The notes below the pieces were generated by a model, which was not told where the DNA came from, did not search any database, and saw only the letters and a program-made list of their open reading frames with translations. A stretch of 64,000 bases of DNA, from contig CAZRED010000001.1 in NCBI GenBank assembly GCA_964599405.1, positions 218,323 to 282,322 of the forward strand, given 5' to 3'. This document shows positions 37,849 through 48,262 of the stretch, in pieces. The stretch's first letter is position 1. Every line of letters starts with the position of its first letter. Source of the DNA: an uncultured Candidatus Saccharibacteria bacterium (GTDB lineage Bacteria > Patescibacteriota > UBA1384 > 2-12-FULL-50-11). The translations under genes were made by a program, and so were the position numbers.

Positions 37849-38786
37849 CTGGCAATTTTTCGTCGCCTTTTTTCGGCGAATTGGTACAGTTTATACCAGA
37901 AGGGACTCCCGACCAAGTCCCAACTGCCAAGCAGCTGGACTGCTGAACCGCCAAACTGTGACTTAAATCGGCTTAGGCCAGCGTAGGGATGTTTGTCGCC
38001 TGCCTCTGGCGGGGCGATTGCCAGTAAGTCGTAGATTTTGCAGTGCCGGGCTTTGGCTCGCTTGATCGCCTCCCAGTGCATTAAATACGGCGCCATCAGG
38101 TTGCGGTCGCCGCCTGAGCCGCCATAGAGATAACTAGCCATGGCGCCGTAATAAAGAATAATACCGGCGGCTAACGCCTTTTTCCCCTGGTAGACAGCCA
38201 CAATCTCGCCCTGGTTGTTTTCGGCTAGTAGGTTACAGAGCTCCTGAAAGTAGGCGGCGCTGCGACCAGAGAACTTAGAGCGGCGGGCAGTTTCAAAATA
38301 CAGGTCGTAAAAATCGGTTAACAATTGGTTGGTCATACCCGTTTTTACCTCCAAATTATTGCGTTCGGCCACCCCAATGTTGTAGCGACCCTTTGGCTTC
38401 ATCTGCTTCAAAATGTCCTCTTCGCTACCTTCCAGCGGCACCCACTGCCGGTACTCCGGCTGGACTTCTTCAAAAGATTTAACCAACCCCAGCTCGTGGA
38501 GAGTTTGGGCGGCGGCTGCCGACCAGGGAGTCAGGAACTCGAAGCGGGTAAAGATGTGTTTGGCAGCGACGCCATCGCGGACAGTTTTTTCGAGCGTCAC
38601 GAGCGCTTCTTCGCTGTAAGGAATCTCTGGGAAGTAGAGCATGGACTTGCCGAACGGCAAGCGGCGCTCCAGCCCGAGCAGGTTATCGTAACGCGTCGCT
38701 CGCCAGCCGGTAGCGGCTTTAAATTTTCCCCAGGCGTCAGTCTGAAAATATGACGGGATCACGGTTGTAAGTATACCCTGCAACAA
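37845..38786 (-). CDS. FemAB-family peptidoglycan branch aminoacyl-transferase; 5' end uncertain
   Basis: ...SYFQTDAWGKFK...GW... is typical of the FemAB N-terminal region. The track ORF extends to 38930 over tsaD on the other strand. A TTG/GTG start near 38762-38786 is more plausible. Confidence 0.6.
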   Translation of the reverse strand: MLQGILTTVIPSYFQTDAWGKFKAATGWRATRYDNLLGLERRLPFGKSMLYFPEIPYSEEALVTLEKTVRDGVAAKHIFTRFEFLTPWSAAAAQTLHELGLVKSFEEVQPEYRQWVPLEGSEEDILKQMKPKGRYNIGVAERNNLEVKTGMTNQLLTDFYDLYFETARRSKFSGRSAAYFQELCNLLAENNQGEIVAVYQGKKALAAGIILYYGAMASYLYGGSGGDRNLMAPYLMHWEAIKRAKARHCKIYDLLAIAPPEAGDKHPYAGLSRFKSQFGGSAVQLLGSWDLVGSPFWYKLYQFAEKRRRKIAR

Positions 38787-38813
38787 GTAGGTTATTCCAG
38801 GTAAAATGAAGGA

Positions 38814-39833
38814 GTGAAGATACTGGCGATTGAAACTAGTTGTGACGAATCGGCTGCGGCAATTGTGGCGGAAGACAATTTCCGGCCGGTAGTTTTGAGT
38901 GAAGCGCTCGCCTCGCAGATGGCCATCCACGCTGATTCCGGCGGGGTAATTCCCAACGTCGCAGCGCGCTTACACGTCGAGAATCTGCCGGCCGTTTTGA
39001 AAAAAGCCACCAACTCCCAGCGCTTGGATTACGACGCTGTCGCCGTTACCGCCGGGCCAGGGCTAATTGGATCGTTGTTAATCGGTGTAGCGGCGGCTAA
39101 AACCATTGCCATGACTAAAGGCCTGCCGTTTTTTGCGATTAACCATATGGCCGGCCATGTATATAGCGCTTGGCTAGGTGAAGCCCTGCCGGAGTTACCG
39201 GCCTTAATTGTGATTGTCTCTGGCGGCCACACCGAACTGGTTTTAATGGAACGGCACTACCGCTTCCAGTTGCTTGGCGCTACCCGCGACGATGCCGCCG
39301 GCGAAGCGTTCGACAAAGTCGCTCGAATGTTGGGCCTCCCCTACCCGGGCGGACCGGCCGTTTCTGAATTAGCCAGACACGGTAAGCGCGACGCGTTTGA
39401 CTTCCCGATCGGCCTCAACGAACGCGACAACCTAGACTTTTCGTTTAGCGGCTTGAAGGGGGCGGTATTCCATACCCTGGAAAAGCAGAAGCAGCCGTTG
39501 TCGGAGCATCTCCGAGCCGACATTGCCGCTAGCTTTGAAGACACCGTTGCCCGGACGATCAGCCGTAAAACCGTCGCCGCCCTGCAATCCAACCCGGAAG
39601 TCCGCTCGGTTTGTTTGGTCGGCGGCGTCGCTGCCAACCACCATCTGCGGGTGGAGCTGGAAAAAGCCGTTAAAAATGCTCGGGGCGATGTTCAGTTCCA
39701 CCTGGCACCGCTCGAATACTGCACCGACAACGCCGCCATGATTGGTGCGGCGGCCGTTTTCAAGCATTTGTTTGGAAAACCTGATAACTGGTATGATGTC
39801 GAGGCCAATCCCAACCTGGAGTTGACGCCATGA
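38814..39833 (+). CDS. tsaD: tRNA N6-adenosine threonylcarbamoyltransferase
   Basis: MKILAIETSCDESAAAIV, HMAGHV metal-binding motifs. GTG start. Confidence 0.9.
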   Translation: MKILAIETSCDESAAAIVAEDNFRPVVLSEALASQMAIHADSGGVIPNVAARLHVENLPAVLKKATNSQRLDYDAVAVTAGPGLIGSLLIGVAAAKTIAMTKGLPFFAINHMAGHVYSAWLGEALPELPALIVIVSGGHTELVLMERHYRFQLLGATRDDAAGEAFDKVARMLGLPYPGGPAVSELARHGKRDAFDFPIGLNERDNLDFSFSGLKGAVFHTLEKQKQPLSEHLRADIAASFEDTVARTISRKTVAALQSNPEVRSVCLVGGVAANHHLRVELEKAVKNARGDVQFHLAPLEYCTDNAAMIGAAAVFKHLFGKPDNWYDVEANPNLELTP

Positions 39834-41950
39834 CCAACGAAATCCCCACTAGATACGATCACACCAAAGAGCCGGATTTGTATAAATCTTGGGAAGACGC
39901 TGGTGAGTTCAAACCAACTGGCCAAGGCGAGCCGTTCTCCATCGTTATCCCGCCGCCTAACGTCACCGGCGATTTACACTTAGGTCACGGCCTAACTTAC
40001 GCCGTTCACGACGCCATTGCCCGCCATCAGCGCCGGCTTGGGCACGACGTGCTAATGCTCCCCGGGGCCGACCACGCCGCCATTGCTGTTCAGCATTTAG
40101 TGGAGAAAAAACTTCAGAAGGAAGGTAAGCGCCGCACCGACTTGGGCCGCGAGAAATTCCTTGAAGAAGTTTGGACCTGGATTAACTACTACCTGCCGCG
40201 GATGCAGACTTCATTGCGCCGTTTCGGATTGTCGGCCGATTGGAACCGGTTCCGTTTTACGATGGACGACCAATCCCAAGCGGCCGTCAAAACCGCTTTT
40301 ATCCGCCTGCACGAAAAGGGGCTGATTTACCAAGGCACCTATTTAATTAACTGGGATCCGAAACTCCAGACCGCCGTTTCCGACGACGAAGTTATCTACC
40401 AACCAGGCACCGGCAAGCTTTACTGGATCAAATACGGCCCGATCTCTGTTGCCACCACCCGGCCGGAAACCAAGCTGGGCGATACCGCCATTGCCGTTAA
40501 TCCGATCGATAAGCGTTACGCCAAATACGTCGGTAAAGAAATTGAGTTCAAAAACGAGCAGGGGCAGCTACAAAAGTTGCCAGTGATTGCCGACGAATCC
40601 GTCGATCCGGAGTTTGGCACTGGCGCCCTGAAAGTTACCCCCGCCCACGATCCGCTCGACTGGGAGCTGGGCCAAAAGCATAAGTTAGCCAGCAAACCGG
40701 TGATTGATCAATTCGGTAAAATGACCGCTGACTGCGGGCCGTACGCCGGGCTGAAAGTAGCGGAAGCCCGGGAGAAAATTGTTGCCGATTTGGATAAATT
40801 AGGGCTGCTGGAAAAAGTGACCGAGCACGACATCCGCCAACCAATATCCGAACGCTCCGGAGCAATTATCGAGCCGCTACCGTCGAAACAGTGGTTTTTG
40901 AAAACAACCGCCCTGAAAGACGCGGCCATGGCGGCGGTAAAAAGTGGTCAGATTAAATTTCACCCGAAAAGCGTCGAGAAAGTCTACTTCAATTGGCTGG
41001 AGAACTTGCACGACTGGTGCATCTCCCGGCAGCTCTGGTGGGGACATGAGATCCCGGCTTTTTATTGCATAAAAAGCGCGGGGTCAGAAAATGAAAAGCC
41101 CATAATCGCCACGAAAAAGCCGGATAAATGCCCAGTTTGCGGAAAGTGTGAAATGATCCAAGATCCAGACGTACTGGACACCTGGTTTTCGGCAGGGATT
41201 TGGCCGTTCTCGACACTTGGCTGGCCTCTCGACTCCGCTCGAGGTAAACCCAGCGACGACGATTTCAAACGTTACTTCCCAACCAGTCTTCTGGAAACCG
41301 GTGCCGACATTCTGTTTTTCTGGGTCGCGCGGATGATTATGATGAGCCAAGCGCTAACGGAGCAAATTCCGTTTAAAGAAGTTTATTTCCATGGTCTAGT
41401 CCTGGACGAGCAGGGACAAAAGATGAGCAAGAGCAAAGGAAATGTCTTAGACCCGCTAACATTAATCGACAAATACGGCGCCGACGCCTTACGGATGAGC
41501 CTGATAGGTGGGAACAGCGCTGGTGTGTCACAACGATTCTCCGAGCAGAAAGTTCTCAAGTATCGCAATTTTGTGACGAAAATCTGGAATGCTAGCCGGT
41601 TTGTGGCCATGACAACCGGAAGTCCCAAGTCCCAAGTCCCAAGTCCCAAAATTGATGAAGTTGAAAAGAAGTTTTTAGCTAAGTTAGAAAAAATTGAGAG
41701 AGATAACCAGCGGTTGATGGCCAACTACAAATTGGGCTTGGCCCTAGAGGAACTGTATGAATTTTTCTGGCACGACTTTGCCGATGAAATGATTGAGTAC
41801 CAAAAGAAAATTATTCAGGAATCCACCGACCCGGCTCGAGTCCGACAAAGTCAAAACTTTCTGACATCGGTGCTGAAACGGCAATTAACTCTGTTGGAAG
41901 ACTTTTCCCCATTTGTCGTCCGGACGATTAATAAGGATATGCTCGGGTGA
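39830..41950 (+). CDS. valS: valine--tRNA ligase (short form, 706 aa, lacks C-terminal coiled coil)
   Basis: PPPNVTGDLHLGHG (HIGH) and KMSKSKGN (KMSKS). ValRS-type PPPNVTG signature. Confidence 0.85.
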   Translation: MTNEIPTRYDHTKEPDLYKSWEDAGEFKPTGQGEPFSIVIPPPNVTGDLHLGHGLTYAVHDAIARHQRRLGHDVLMLPGADHAAIAVQHLVEKKLQKEGKRRTDLGREKFLEEVWTWINYYLPRMQTSLRRFGLSADWNRFRFTMDDQSQAAVKTAFIRLHEKGLIYQGTYLINWDPKLQTAVSDDEVIYQPGTGKLYWIKYGPISVATTRPETKLGDTAIAVNPIDKRYAKYVGKEIEFKNEQGQLQKLPVIADESVDPEFGTGALKVTPAHDPLDWELGQKHKLASKPVIDQFGKMTADCGPYAGLKVAEAREKIVADLDKLGLLEKVTEHDIRQPISERSGAIIEPLPSKQWFLKTTALKDAAMAAVKSGQIKFHPKSVEKVYFNWLENLHDWCISRQLWWGHEIPAFYCIKSAGSENEKPIIATKKPDKCPVCGKCEMIQDPDVLDTWFSAGIWPFSTLGWPLDSARGKPSDDDFKRYFPTSLLETGADILFFWVARMIMMSQALTEQIPFKEVYFHGLVLDEQGQKMSKSKGNVLDPLTLIDKYGADALRMSLIGGNSAGVSQRFSEQKVLKYRNFVTKIWNASRFVAMTTGSPKSQVPSPKIDEVEKKFLAKLEKIERDNQRLMANYKLGLALEELYEFFWHDFADEMIEYQKKIIQESTDPARVRQSQNFLTSVLKRQLTLLEDFSPFVVRTINKDMLG
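41621..41648 (+). repeat. (AGTCCCA)x4 tandem heptanucleotide repeat inside valS
   Basis: Four perfect tandem units read directly. Encodes GSPKSQVPSPK. Confidence 0.9.
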
Positions 41951-42303
41951 TGATTGGGCGATTCTGGTTTTACTTGCCGGTATTAATTATCATCGCCGGA
42001 CTGGGCAGTTATTTGAGCTGGATTCACACTCGCCAGGACAGCGAGTTGGCGGCCATCGAGCTAGCTAGCGACAAGCAGCGTCAAGCGAGTATGGCAGTCT
42101 ATCTAGCCGCACAAACTGACGGCCGGAAAATGATTAGCTTGGCCAAGACCGTTGAAAAAACGGCTCCCGAACTGGTTGAGCCAATTGTTCTAAAGGCTTA
42201 CGAATTACTACCGAACAGCCGTGATGCTGCCATACTAGCAAGCCACTACCGGCCGGAGCTGAAAGAAAAAGTCAAAGAACTCGATCCGTTGTATCAAGAA
42301 TAA
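41947..42303 (+). CDS. small membrane-anchored hypothetical protein
   Basis: N-terminal TM (FWFYLPVLIIIAGLGSYLSWI). 4-nt overlap with valS. Confidence 0.45.
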   Translation: MMIGRFWFYLPVLIIIAGLGSYLSWIHTRQDSELAAIELASDKQRQASMAVYLAAQTDGRKMISLAKTVEKTAPELVEPIVLKAYELLPNSRDAAILASHYRPELKEKVKELDPLYQE

Positions 42304-42329
42304 AAAAGGGGTTGGCTTACGCCAACCCC
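42302..42329 (-). terminator. rho-independent terminator (GGGGTTGGC-TTAC-GCCAACCCC plus T6 on the minus strand), bidirectionally placed
   Basis: Perfect 9-bp stem with U-tract on the minus strand. Lies between convergent genes. Confidence 0.7.
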
Positions 42330-42349
42330 GAACTTTGTGAACATCGCCA

Positions 42350-43135
42350 CTACAGACGAATCCTTTTTCCAGATTCAGGAAGCCTCTCACTGGGCAGTGA
42401 CGGCTTGCCGCCCAAGGGATCAAACGGGTTGATATCCGCTGGTCCCAAGTAGATTGCCCAGGGTCGAGCCGCCTCCAAGACGAGATTTGGATTGCGAGAG
42501 GCAAATTTCGTTGTTTTGCCGGTCGACAGGTCCGTCTTAGCCTCCACAAGTAGTGGGCTGTTTTGGCAGGTTGCTCGTACTATTAGCAGTGCGCTCCCGA
42601 CTGGAGCTATCACTGTAACCCCGTTCGCACTAGCACCATCGCTTGCACGAATGTCCAGCTTTTCGAGGTCGCTCACCCCGTAGAGGGAGAGAATCTCTCT
42701 CAAGCTCGGTGTCTGCTGCTGCCTCCGGCTGTAGCCGAAGCTCATTGTTAGCTGCAGAGCATTGATCTTTTCCGACCCCTTCCTTAGGGATGCCTCGTAC
42801 CTTGCGTCCCATTGACCAGCAACCTTATTGTTGTCGATCATCTGGCTGTCGTGCTCGTACCATGTATAGCTACGAAAGCCTTTTTTGTAGTCGAGCTGCA
42901 AGTATGGCGTCCCAAGCAAATCCGAGAGTTGCTCATCGGGTCGATCGATAGAAGTAAGGGCTTTGTAAAGCCTCGGGCTGTTCTTGACCCAGGTAGGGTC
43001 TCCCGAAACAGGCTCGACGATGCTGGTGGCGACCATTGAGGCCGAGACCACCGGATCGCCAGCAACTGGCATTTCTTGTGGCCGCTGGCACCCGCAGAGC
43101 ACCAGAATGGCAATGATAAGCGATACCGTTCTCAT
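42350..43135 (-). CDS. lipoprotein (lipobox VLCGC)
   Basis: MRTVSLIIAILVLCGCQ signal peptide with lipobox. Start taken at M22 of the track ORF. Confidence 0.55.
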   Translation of the reverse strand: MRTVSLIIAILVLCGCQRPQEMPVAGDPVVSASMVATSIVEPVSGDPTWVKNSPRLYKALTSIDRPDEQLSDLLGTPYLQLDYKKGFRSYTWYEHDSQMIDNNKVAGQWDARYEASLRKGSEKINALQLTMSFGYSRRQQQTPSLREILSLYGVSDLEKLDIRASDGASANGVTVIAPVGSALLIVRATCQNSPLLVEAKTDLSTGKTTKFASRNPNLVLEAARPWAIYLGPADINPFDPLGGKPSLPSERLPESGKRIRL

Positions 43136-43243
43136 TATGTGCGCACCACCTCCGTGGTGAATTGCCAACAGCATAGCACTTCCCGCCCTCCATGTCATCA
43201 GAAAGGGCTCACATTTTTACCAAGGCTGGTATGCTATAAGCAG

Positions 43244-44818
43244 ATGAGGGGAGGGTTTTTGAAAAGAGCAGGACGGGTTGTACTATTTTCGATGGCAACC
43301 CTTGTAACATTTTCGGGCGTATTCGGGCTGGCAAGCCCCGCCATGGCCATTGGTGAGCCAAAGTTTTCATACACAAGTAAGACCCTCAATCTCAGGCGAA
43401 TCAGTGAAGCTAAAGTGACGGCATCTGCTCGGTTCCAGGTCTCAGAAGATGGCGCGCCAGACGAGTTGATAGGGTACGTAACTGTTAATGTAGCCTACTC
43501 ATTCCTCTCAAAAGACGGGGTTTTTGAACGTTGGAAAGTAGCCGACGTAACTTTCACCAATCCGAAATTCGACGCTTACGGTAGCAAGCAGAATAAAAGC
43601 AAGGCAGAGGGGTCGCTGCTTGAACTCTATAATGATGACCAACAACTTGTTGCTAGGTTCGATTTCCGTACATCAGTACCTACCTTTCGTTACGTAGTTA
43701 TCAACCAGGAGCCGGCCCAGGTTGGTGGCAACCCAGTCAACCACCCAGGTGTTTTTGTTGGGGTTGCCGATGGTAACGAATTCATACCTACTACCGGCCA
43801 GGGCTCGTTGAGCGAAAAGCACCCGGTGCAGGCCTTTGCCTATGCCAGCACTAGTTCGGGTAGCATCGCTTCCATCGGCTCAATTGCCGGGGAGACATAC
43901 GTACCATACGCCAGCGTCTTCAACTACAGCCTAAAGACTGATGGTTCGGCAGGAAGCGCCGTGAGCAAGGAGCAAGCACAGGGATGGTTCTCTGGCCAAA
44001 ACCTTGGGACACTCTCTATTGAACGCTTTGAGGAAGCCGGCAACCCACCGTACATAGACCTCCCTGGCAGTACTGCTCTGCAGCGGCCGGCGCTGCGTTT
44101 TGTTTTAGCCCATATCGGCGGCGAGGGGTCCGGCTGGGTGCTTTGGGGTAATGTTGATTGGCTAATATTCGAAGCCTACTTACTGGAGGGTGGTAATGCC
44201 ACAGAAAAAGTCCCGAATATTTTCCTCGTAGCCAACGACGAGTTTCGCAAGGACTTCATTTATGACGCCGACATAACAGGAGTGAAAAAAGGAAAATACG
44301 ACCCGATCCCGGCAAATTTCGACATTAATCGCAGCCAACACGAAAAGTTACTAACCTACATCTATAACCACGTACCAAAAGACCCGGCAAAAGAAAATTG
44401 TGGCGAGGAAGCAGTGTATAGTATCGGCCCGAATAGCACCGACGATTATCGTTACGTTAACTTAGTGCCGGGCTGGGCAGATAAGTTGGCCGGGGAGTTA
44501 AACGGTAACTGCATCACAGTCCCCGCAGCAGGTTGGGCGCAGTTTTGGGGAGTAACCGTCAATAGCGCCCCCTTCACCGCCACTGCCGACGGCGGCTGTA
44601 GTGCCACTTGGATTGTTACCGGTGGCAACATCTTGGTTGGCCCTCCCGCTATCCTCAATGAGCTAGGGATTAACCCAAACGAATTAAATATGATATCGCG
44701 TGCCGCCATTTGTATATACGACTGGGTCGTTAACCCAATCGTCGACTGGGCAACAAGTGTGATTCTGTACGCGGCCGGGATTGCCCGCAGCCCGTTTAAC
44801 TTCCTCTACCATGCGTAG
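43244..44818 (+). CDS. secreted hypothetical protein, first gene of the T4SS-like operon
   Basis: Signal peptide MRGGFLKRAGRVVLFSMATLVTFSGVFGLASPAMA. Hydrophobic C-terminus. Stop overlaps the next start (ATGCGTAG). Confidence 0.55.
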   Translation: MRGGFLKRAGRVVLFSMATLVTFSGVFGLASPAMAIGEPKFSYTSKTLNLRRISEAKVTASARFQVSEDGAPDELIGYVTVNVAYSFLSKDGVFERWKVADVTFTNPKFDAYGSKQNKSKAEGSLLELYNDDQQLVARFDFRTSVPTFRYVVINQEPAQVGGNPVNHPGVFVGVADGNEFIPTTGQGSLSEKHPVQAFAYASTSSGSIASIGSIAGETYVPYASVFNYSLKTDGSAGSAVSKEQAQGWFSGQNLGTLSIERFEEAGNPPYIDLPGSTALQRPALRFVLAHIGGEGSGWVLWGNVDWLIFEAYLLEGGNATEKVPNIFLVANDEFRKDFIYDADITGVKKGKYDPIPANFDINRSQHEKLLTYIYNHVPKDPAKENCGEEAVYSIGPNSTDDYRYVNLVPGWADKLAGELNGNCITVPAAGWAQFWGVTVNSAPFTATADGGCSATWIVTGGNILVGPPAILNELGINPNELNMISRAAICIYDWVVNPIVDWATSVILYAAGIARSPFNFLYHA

Positions 44819-46970
44819 GTTGGCCTTACTGTTCCTGCTCGGCGGTAGCTTACTATTTTTCACGCCGCACTTAGACCAGGCTTCGAGCCAGTTGGGAGTT
44901 GGTTTTGTTACCTCGGCCCAAGCCCAGGACGGCGAAAAGTGCGACGACAGTTTCACGGGTACTGGGCGGAAGTGCACACTGGCCGAGCGGATTGTTGACC
45001 CCAGCGGGTTTGTCTACCCGTCTTGGGTAATTGTCAGGGGGATAATTAATATCCTCCTTATTCTGGGCCTGCTGGCAATCTCTTTCTCCAACATCACCCG
45101 AATCAATATCGACACCTACACCATCAAGAAGGCTCTGCCCAACCTATTGATTGGGATCGTCTTAGCAAACGCCAGCTTACTGATTATTCGTTATATAGCG
45201 GATATTTCCACGGTGGCAATTTACTTTTTTGTTGAGCGTTCCCCCGGCTTTGATATCGAGGGTCAAACCCTCCTGTTTCAAGATTTTATCCGCGTTGTGC
45301 TCGGAAATGTCGGAATAGGTTCATTGGTACAGATAATTAACTTAACTGGTGGCGCTGCAGCGTTTTCGGCGCCGTTAATCGTGTTGGTTTTGGGGTTAAT
45401 CCTTCTTATCGGAATGTTATGGCTGGCGTTAGTGATGTTTATTCGACTGGCCGCTATTTACCTGCTTACCATCCTCGCCCCGTTGGCGTTTGTTGCCTAC
45501 GGCATACCAGGTCAAGAAAAGTACTTTACCCAATGGTGGCAGCTTTTCACAAAATGGATGTTTATATTGCCGGCCATGACTGCCGTCTTTTGGCTGATAC
45601 TTCAAATATCCAGGCAGGGTGGGGACTCTATATTAAAGATTGCGATAATGTATATGCTCTTCTTCTTCGCGCTGGCTATTCCGTCCAAGTTTGGCGGATC
45701 TGTTATCGATAAAGCTACCACCGCTTTTAAAAAGTACAGCGGCACCGATGCCGCCGTGAAAGCATCAAAAGAATACGCAGCCCAAAAAGGTCAACAGATC
45801 GGTTATCGCATGCCGGGCGTTGCTAGATTCCAGGGTTGGAGAGAGCAGCAAAAAGCCAATGCGGAGAAAGATATTGATCAGCTGAAGCGGCGCGGCAAGG
45901 CAAAAATTCTTGCCGGCAAGACTGGGCTTAACAAGCAGAAACTAGAAGTGTTAGAGAAAGAATTGGCTAGTCAGGAATTAGAAGTGGACGCTAATCAAAG
46001 GATCAAGGCTGGGGAGCTCAGAGACCGATTTGGATTTGGGACGACTTTGGACGTCCGGGAGATTAGGGCCGACTACGCCAAGCAGAAGGCGGAAGGCCAC
46101 AGGGATGCTGAAGCGGCTAAGAAAAAACTAGAATACTTAGATGCCGGCGAAAACAAAGAAGAACTGCAAAGGGTGTTCGACAAGGTGAATGAATCTACCG
46201 TCCTTACGGGAGAAGTGGGGAAAAACGAGGGCATCGCTAAGGGTAACTTGGCTCGAGAAGAGCTGATTCTTTCTAAGCACGTTGACGACTATAAGAAGGC
46301 TAAAGAAATTTACGATCGGCTTGATAAGCAGCTGCAAAGTGGGCAGGCGCTAAGCCAAGACGACCTCGATCTTATGAATAAAAACGGCCAGGTAATGACC
46401 AAGGTTAAGGCAAACTACAACCTGATTATCGGTGGCAATATGGCCGGGCACGGGTTCTTCTCTGGCAAACACATAGAGCAGGCAGCAAATGCAGTCGGCA
46501 TAGAAAAAACTATCATTTCGGCCAAAAAAGCTCAGTCTGCCAAAGCCGTGGACGCGGGGGTTAAGGCAACGATTGAAGAGGCGCTGAAAAATGAAACCCT
46601 TGAGGAGGCACTCGCTAGTTACGAAGAAATTAAAGACAAAGACAAGCTTGTTAAAGGCGATACGCTTGGAGTGGAGATGAAGGATCAGCACAAGTTTGTG
46701 TCCCACACACAGAAGCTTGTGGCTTGGGCTGGTAAACAGAATGACCACAGGAGGGATGGCGCACTTACTGAGTTGGGGGGTATGTTAATTGACGGCAAGG
46801 GAACAGTTAACCTTAATGGAGTTGATTACATAGACAAGGACGTGTTGGCTGACGCCATAGAAGCTGCAAAGCCCGAGGATAAGAAGAGAATATTTAGAGA
46901 TATTGCAAAAAATAGCCAATTCTTAGTCGGGTCTGGCGGTTATCAAGCCGGCCACTACGAGGATAAATAA
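44811..46970 (+). CDS. VirB6/TrbL-like polytopic membrane protein with long C-terminal coiled-coil region
   Basis: Signal sequence, about 6 TM helices (residues about 80-330), then about 380 aa K/E/A-rich predicted coiled coil. Confidence 0.55.
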   Translation: MRRLALLFLLGGSLLFFTPHLDQASSQLGVGFVTSAQAQDGEKCDDSFTGTGRKCTLAERIVDPSGFVYPSWVIVRGIINILLILGLLAISFSNITRINIDTYTIKKALPNLLIGIVLANASLLIIRYIADISTVAIYFFVERSPGFDIEGQTLLFQDFIRVVLGNVGIGSLVQIINLTGGAAAFSAPLIVLVLGLILLIGMLWLALVMFIRLAAIYLLTILAPLAFVAYGIPGQEKYFTQWWQLFTKWMFILPAMTAVFWLILQISRQGGDSILKIAIMYMLFFFALAIPSKFGGSVIDKATTAFKKYSGTDAAVKASKEYAAQKGQQIGYRMPGVARFQGWREQQKANAEKDIDQLKRRGKAKILAGKTGLNKQKLEVLEKELASQELEVDANQRIKAGELRDRFGFGTTLDVREIRADYAKQKAEGHRDAEAAKKKLEYLDAGENKEELQRVFDKVNESTVLTGEVGKNEGIAKGNLAREELILSKHVDDYKKAKEIYDRLDKQLQSGQALSQDDLDLMNKNGQVMTKVKANYNLIIGGNMAGHGFFSGKHIEQAANAVGIEKTIISAKKAQSAKAVDAGVKATIEEALKNETLEEALASYEEIKDKDKLVKGDTLGVEMKDQHKFVSHTQKLVAWAGKQNDHRRDGALTELGGMLIDGKGTVNLNGVDYIDKDVLADAIEAAKPEDKKRIFRDIAKNSQFLVGSGGYQAGHYEDK

Positions 46971-46972
46971 TA

Positions 46973-47761
46973 ATGGACACGGATATCTTACTTACCGACC
47001 AAGAAGAAGGTCTCCTGGATAGCCTGGTCGCGCAGCTCTATCAAAGTGGCGCGGACATCAATGGGGCAATTAACCAGATCGATGGATTGGGAGGTAAGAA
47101 AACTGACTTATTCTCCTCGGCTATTTATAGCGTCTCCTTTCATCAGCGGGAACGCGAAGACTATGTGATCGCCTCGATTTTCGGCAAAAAAATTACGAGC
47201 TCTAATAGCAGAAAAGTAATTATGCTAGCTCTGGCAAATAACCCCACCTCTCCAGATGAAGCTCTGCGGGCACTCAATATCCCCGAGCTACCGGCAACTG
47301 CTATCGGCACAGTACAAGACCAAGAAGTTCTTAACCAGCTCGCTATCTACAAAACCGTCGAAGAGAACCTCTACAAACTGCAAACCCAATTAATCACCCG
47401 ATACAACGTGATGCCGGTGTTCCCGCTGTTGAAAAACATCCCGGCAGAAAAGTTACAAGAGATTTCAGCCGGAATCGAAAACTACATCAATTACTGCCTG
47501 GGGCTGGAAGAAAAAGTGCTATTTTCCGACCTGCCCTTACCGCCAGCCCTCGAGAAACTATTGATGGAGGTGTCGCCTAGCCTGCCAGCCTTCAAAGCCG
47601 AGTCAACACTGGAAAGAATTAACTACATGAAAGAACTTTTGGTTATCTGCAGCGTGCTAGTCGAAAATTCCGCTCGGCTTGGCCAATCACCAGACTGGGA
47701 GATAGCTGAAATCGCCGGTAAGGTGTTAGCCCTAACAAATACCCCAATCAGCTACCGTTAG
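46973..47761 (+). CDS. hypothetical cytoplasmic protein within the T4SS-like operon
   Basis: 262 aa, no TM, no motif. Confidence 0.45.
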   Translation: MDTDILLTDQEEGLLDSLVAQLYQSGADINGAINQIDGLGGKKTDLFSSAIYSVSFHQREREDYVIASIFGKKITSSNSRKVIMLALANNPTSPDEALRALNIPELPATAIGTVQDQEVLNQLAIYKTVEENLYKLQTQLITRYNVMPVFPLLKNIPAEKLQEISAGIENYINYCLGLEEKVLFSDLPLPPALEKLLMEVSPSLPAFKAESTLERINYMKELLVICSVLVENSARLGQSPDWEIAEIAGKVLALTNTPISYR

Positions 47762-47842
47762 TTCAATTGGCTGGCTAACCCGATTAAGTTACACTATTCA
47801 CTATGGAGGGGTATGCAGTTGAAAACGGTACTTTGGGGATAG

Positions 47843-48262
47843 ATGCAATTTAAAGTTCCCCAAAACATCGATATGGAGGATAAGATTATTGGGCCGCTGA
47901 CGCTGACCCAGTTCTTTTACTTGCTCTTTGGCGGGGTGATTCTCTATATTCTCTTCAACAAACTAGTACTGTCTGGTTTGTCGTTACTGTTTTGGGTGTT
48001 GGCAATTCCTATCGGGACATTCAGTTTCGCGATGGCCTTTGTGAAAATCCAAGACCGGCCGTTCCCCTCGTTCTTTTTCGCCATGTTGAAATACGCCTCG
48101 ACGCCTCGAGCTCGGGTCTGGCAGCACTACACTCGCCCCAACCAGGTCAAGCCGAAGGTTGTTGCACCGAAAGCGGCGACCCCGAAAAAATCCTTCGACA
48201 CCGTCCGGGTGAGTGAATTAGCCCAGGTGATGGATCAAGATTTGCCGAGGGCTCAAGAGTGA
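47843..48262 (+). CDS. PrgI/VirB3-like small two-TM protein
   Basis: MQFKVPQNIDMEDKIIGPLTLTQFFYLL N-terminal pattern of the PrgI family, followed by two TM helices. Immediately precedes the VirB4-like gene. Confidence 0.5.
   Translation: MQFKVPQNIDMEDKIIGPLTLTQFFYLLFGGVILYILFNKLVLSGLSLLFWVLAIPIGTFSFAMAFVKIQDRPFPSFFFAMLKYASTPRARVWQHYTRPNQVKPKVVAPKAATPKKSFDTVRVSELAQVMDQDLPRAQE

Noticed and set aside
38325-38930. Plus-strand ORF 38325..38753 and the 5' 48 codons of the FemAB ORF
   Set aside because: Antisense to the FemAB gene. The FemAB 5' extension would overlap tsaD by more than 100 bp on the opposite strand, so a downstream non-ATG start is preferred.
43224-43243. Extended -10 (TGCTATAAG) promoter for the T4SS-like operon
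   Set aside because: The predicted transcription start would fall at or after the best start codon (43244). The arrangement is ambiguous (leaderless or an alternative start at 43292), so it is not reported as a feature.
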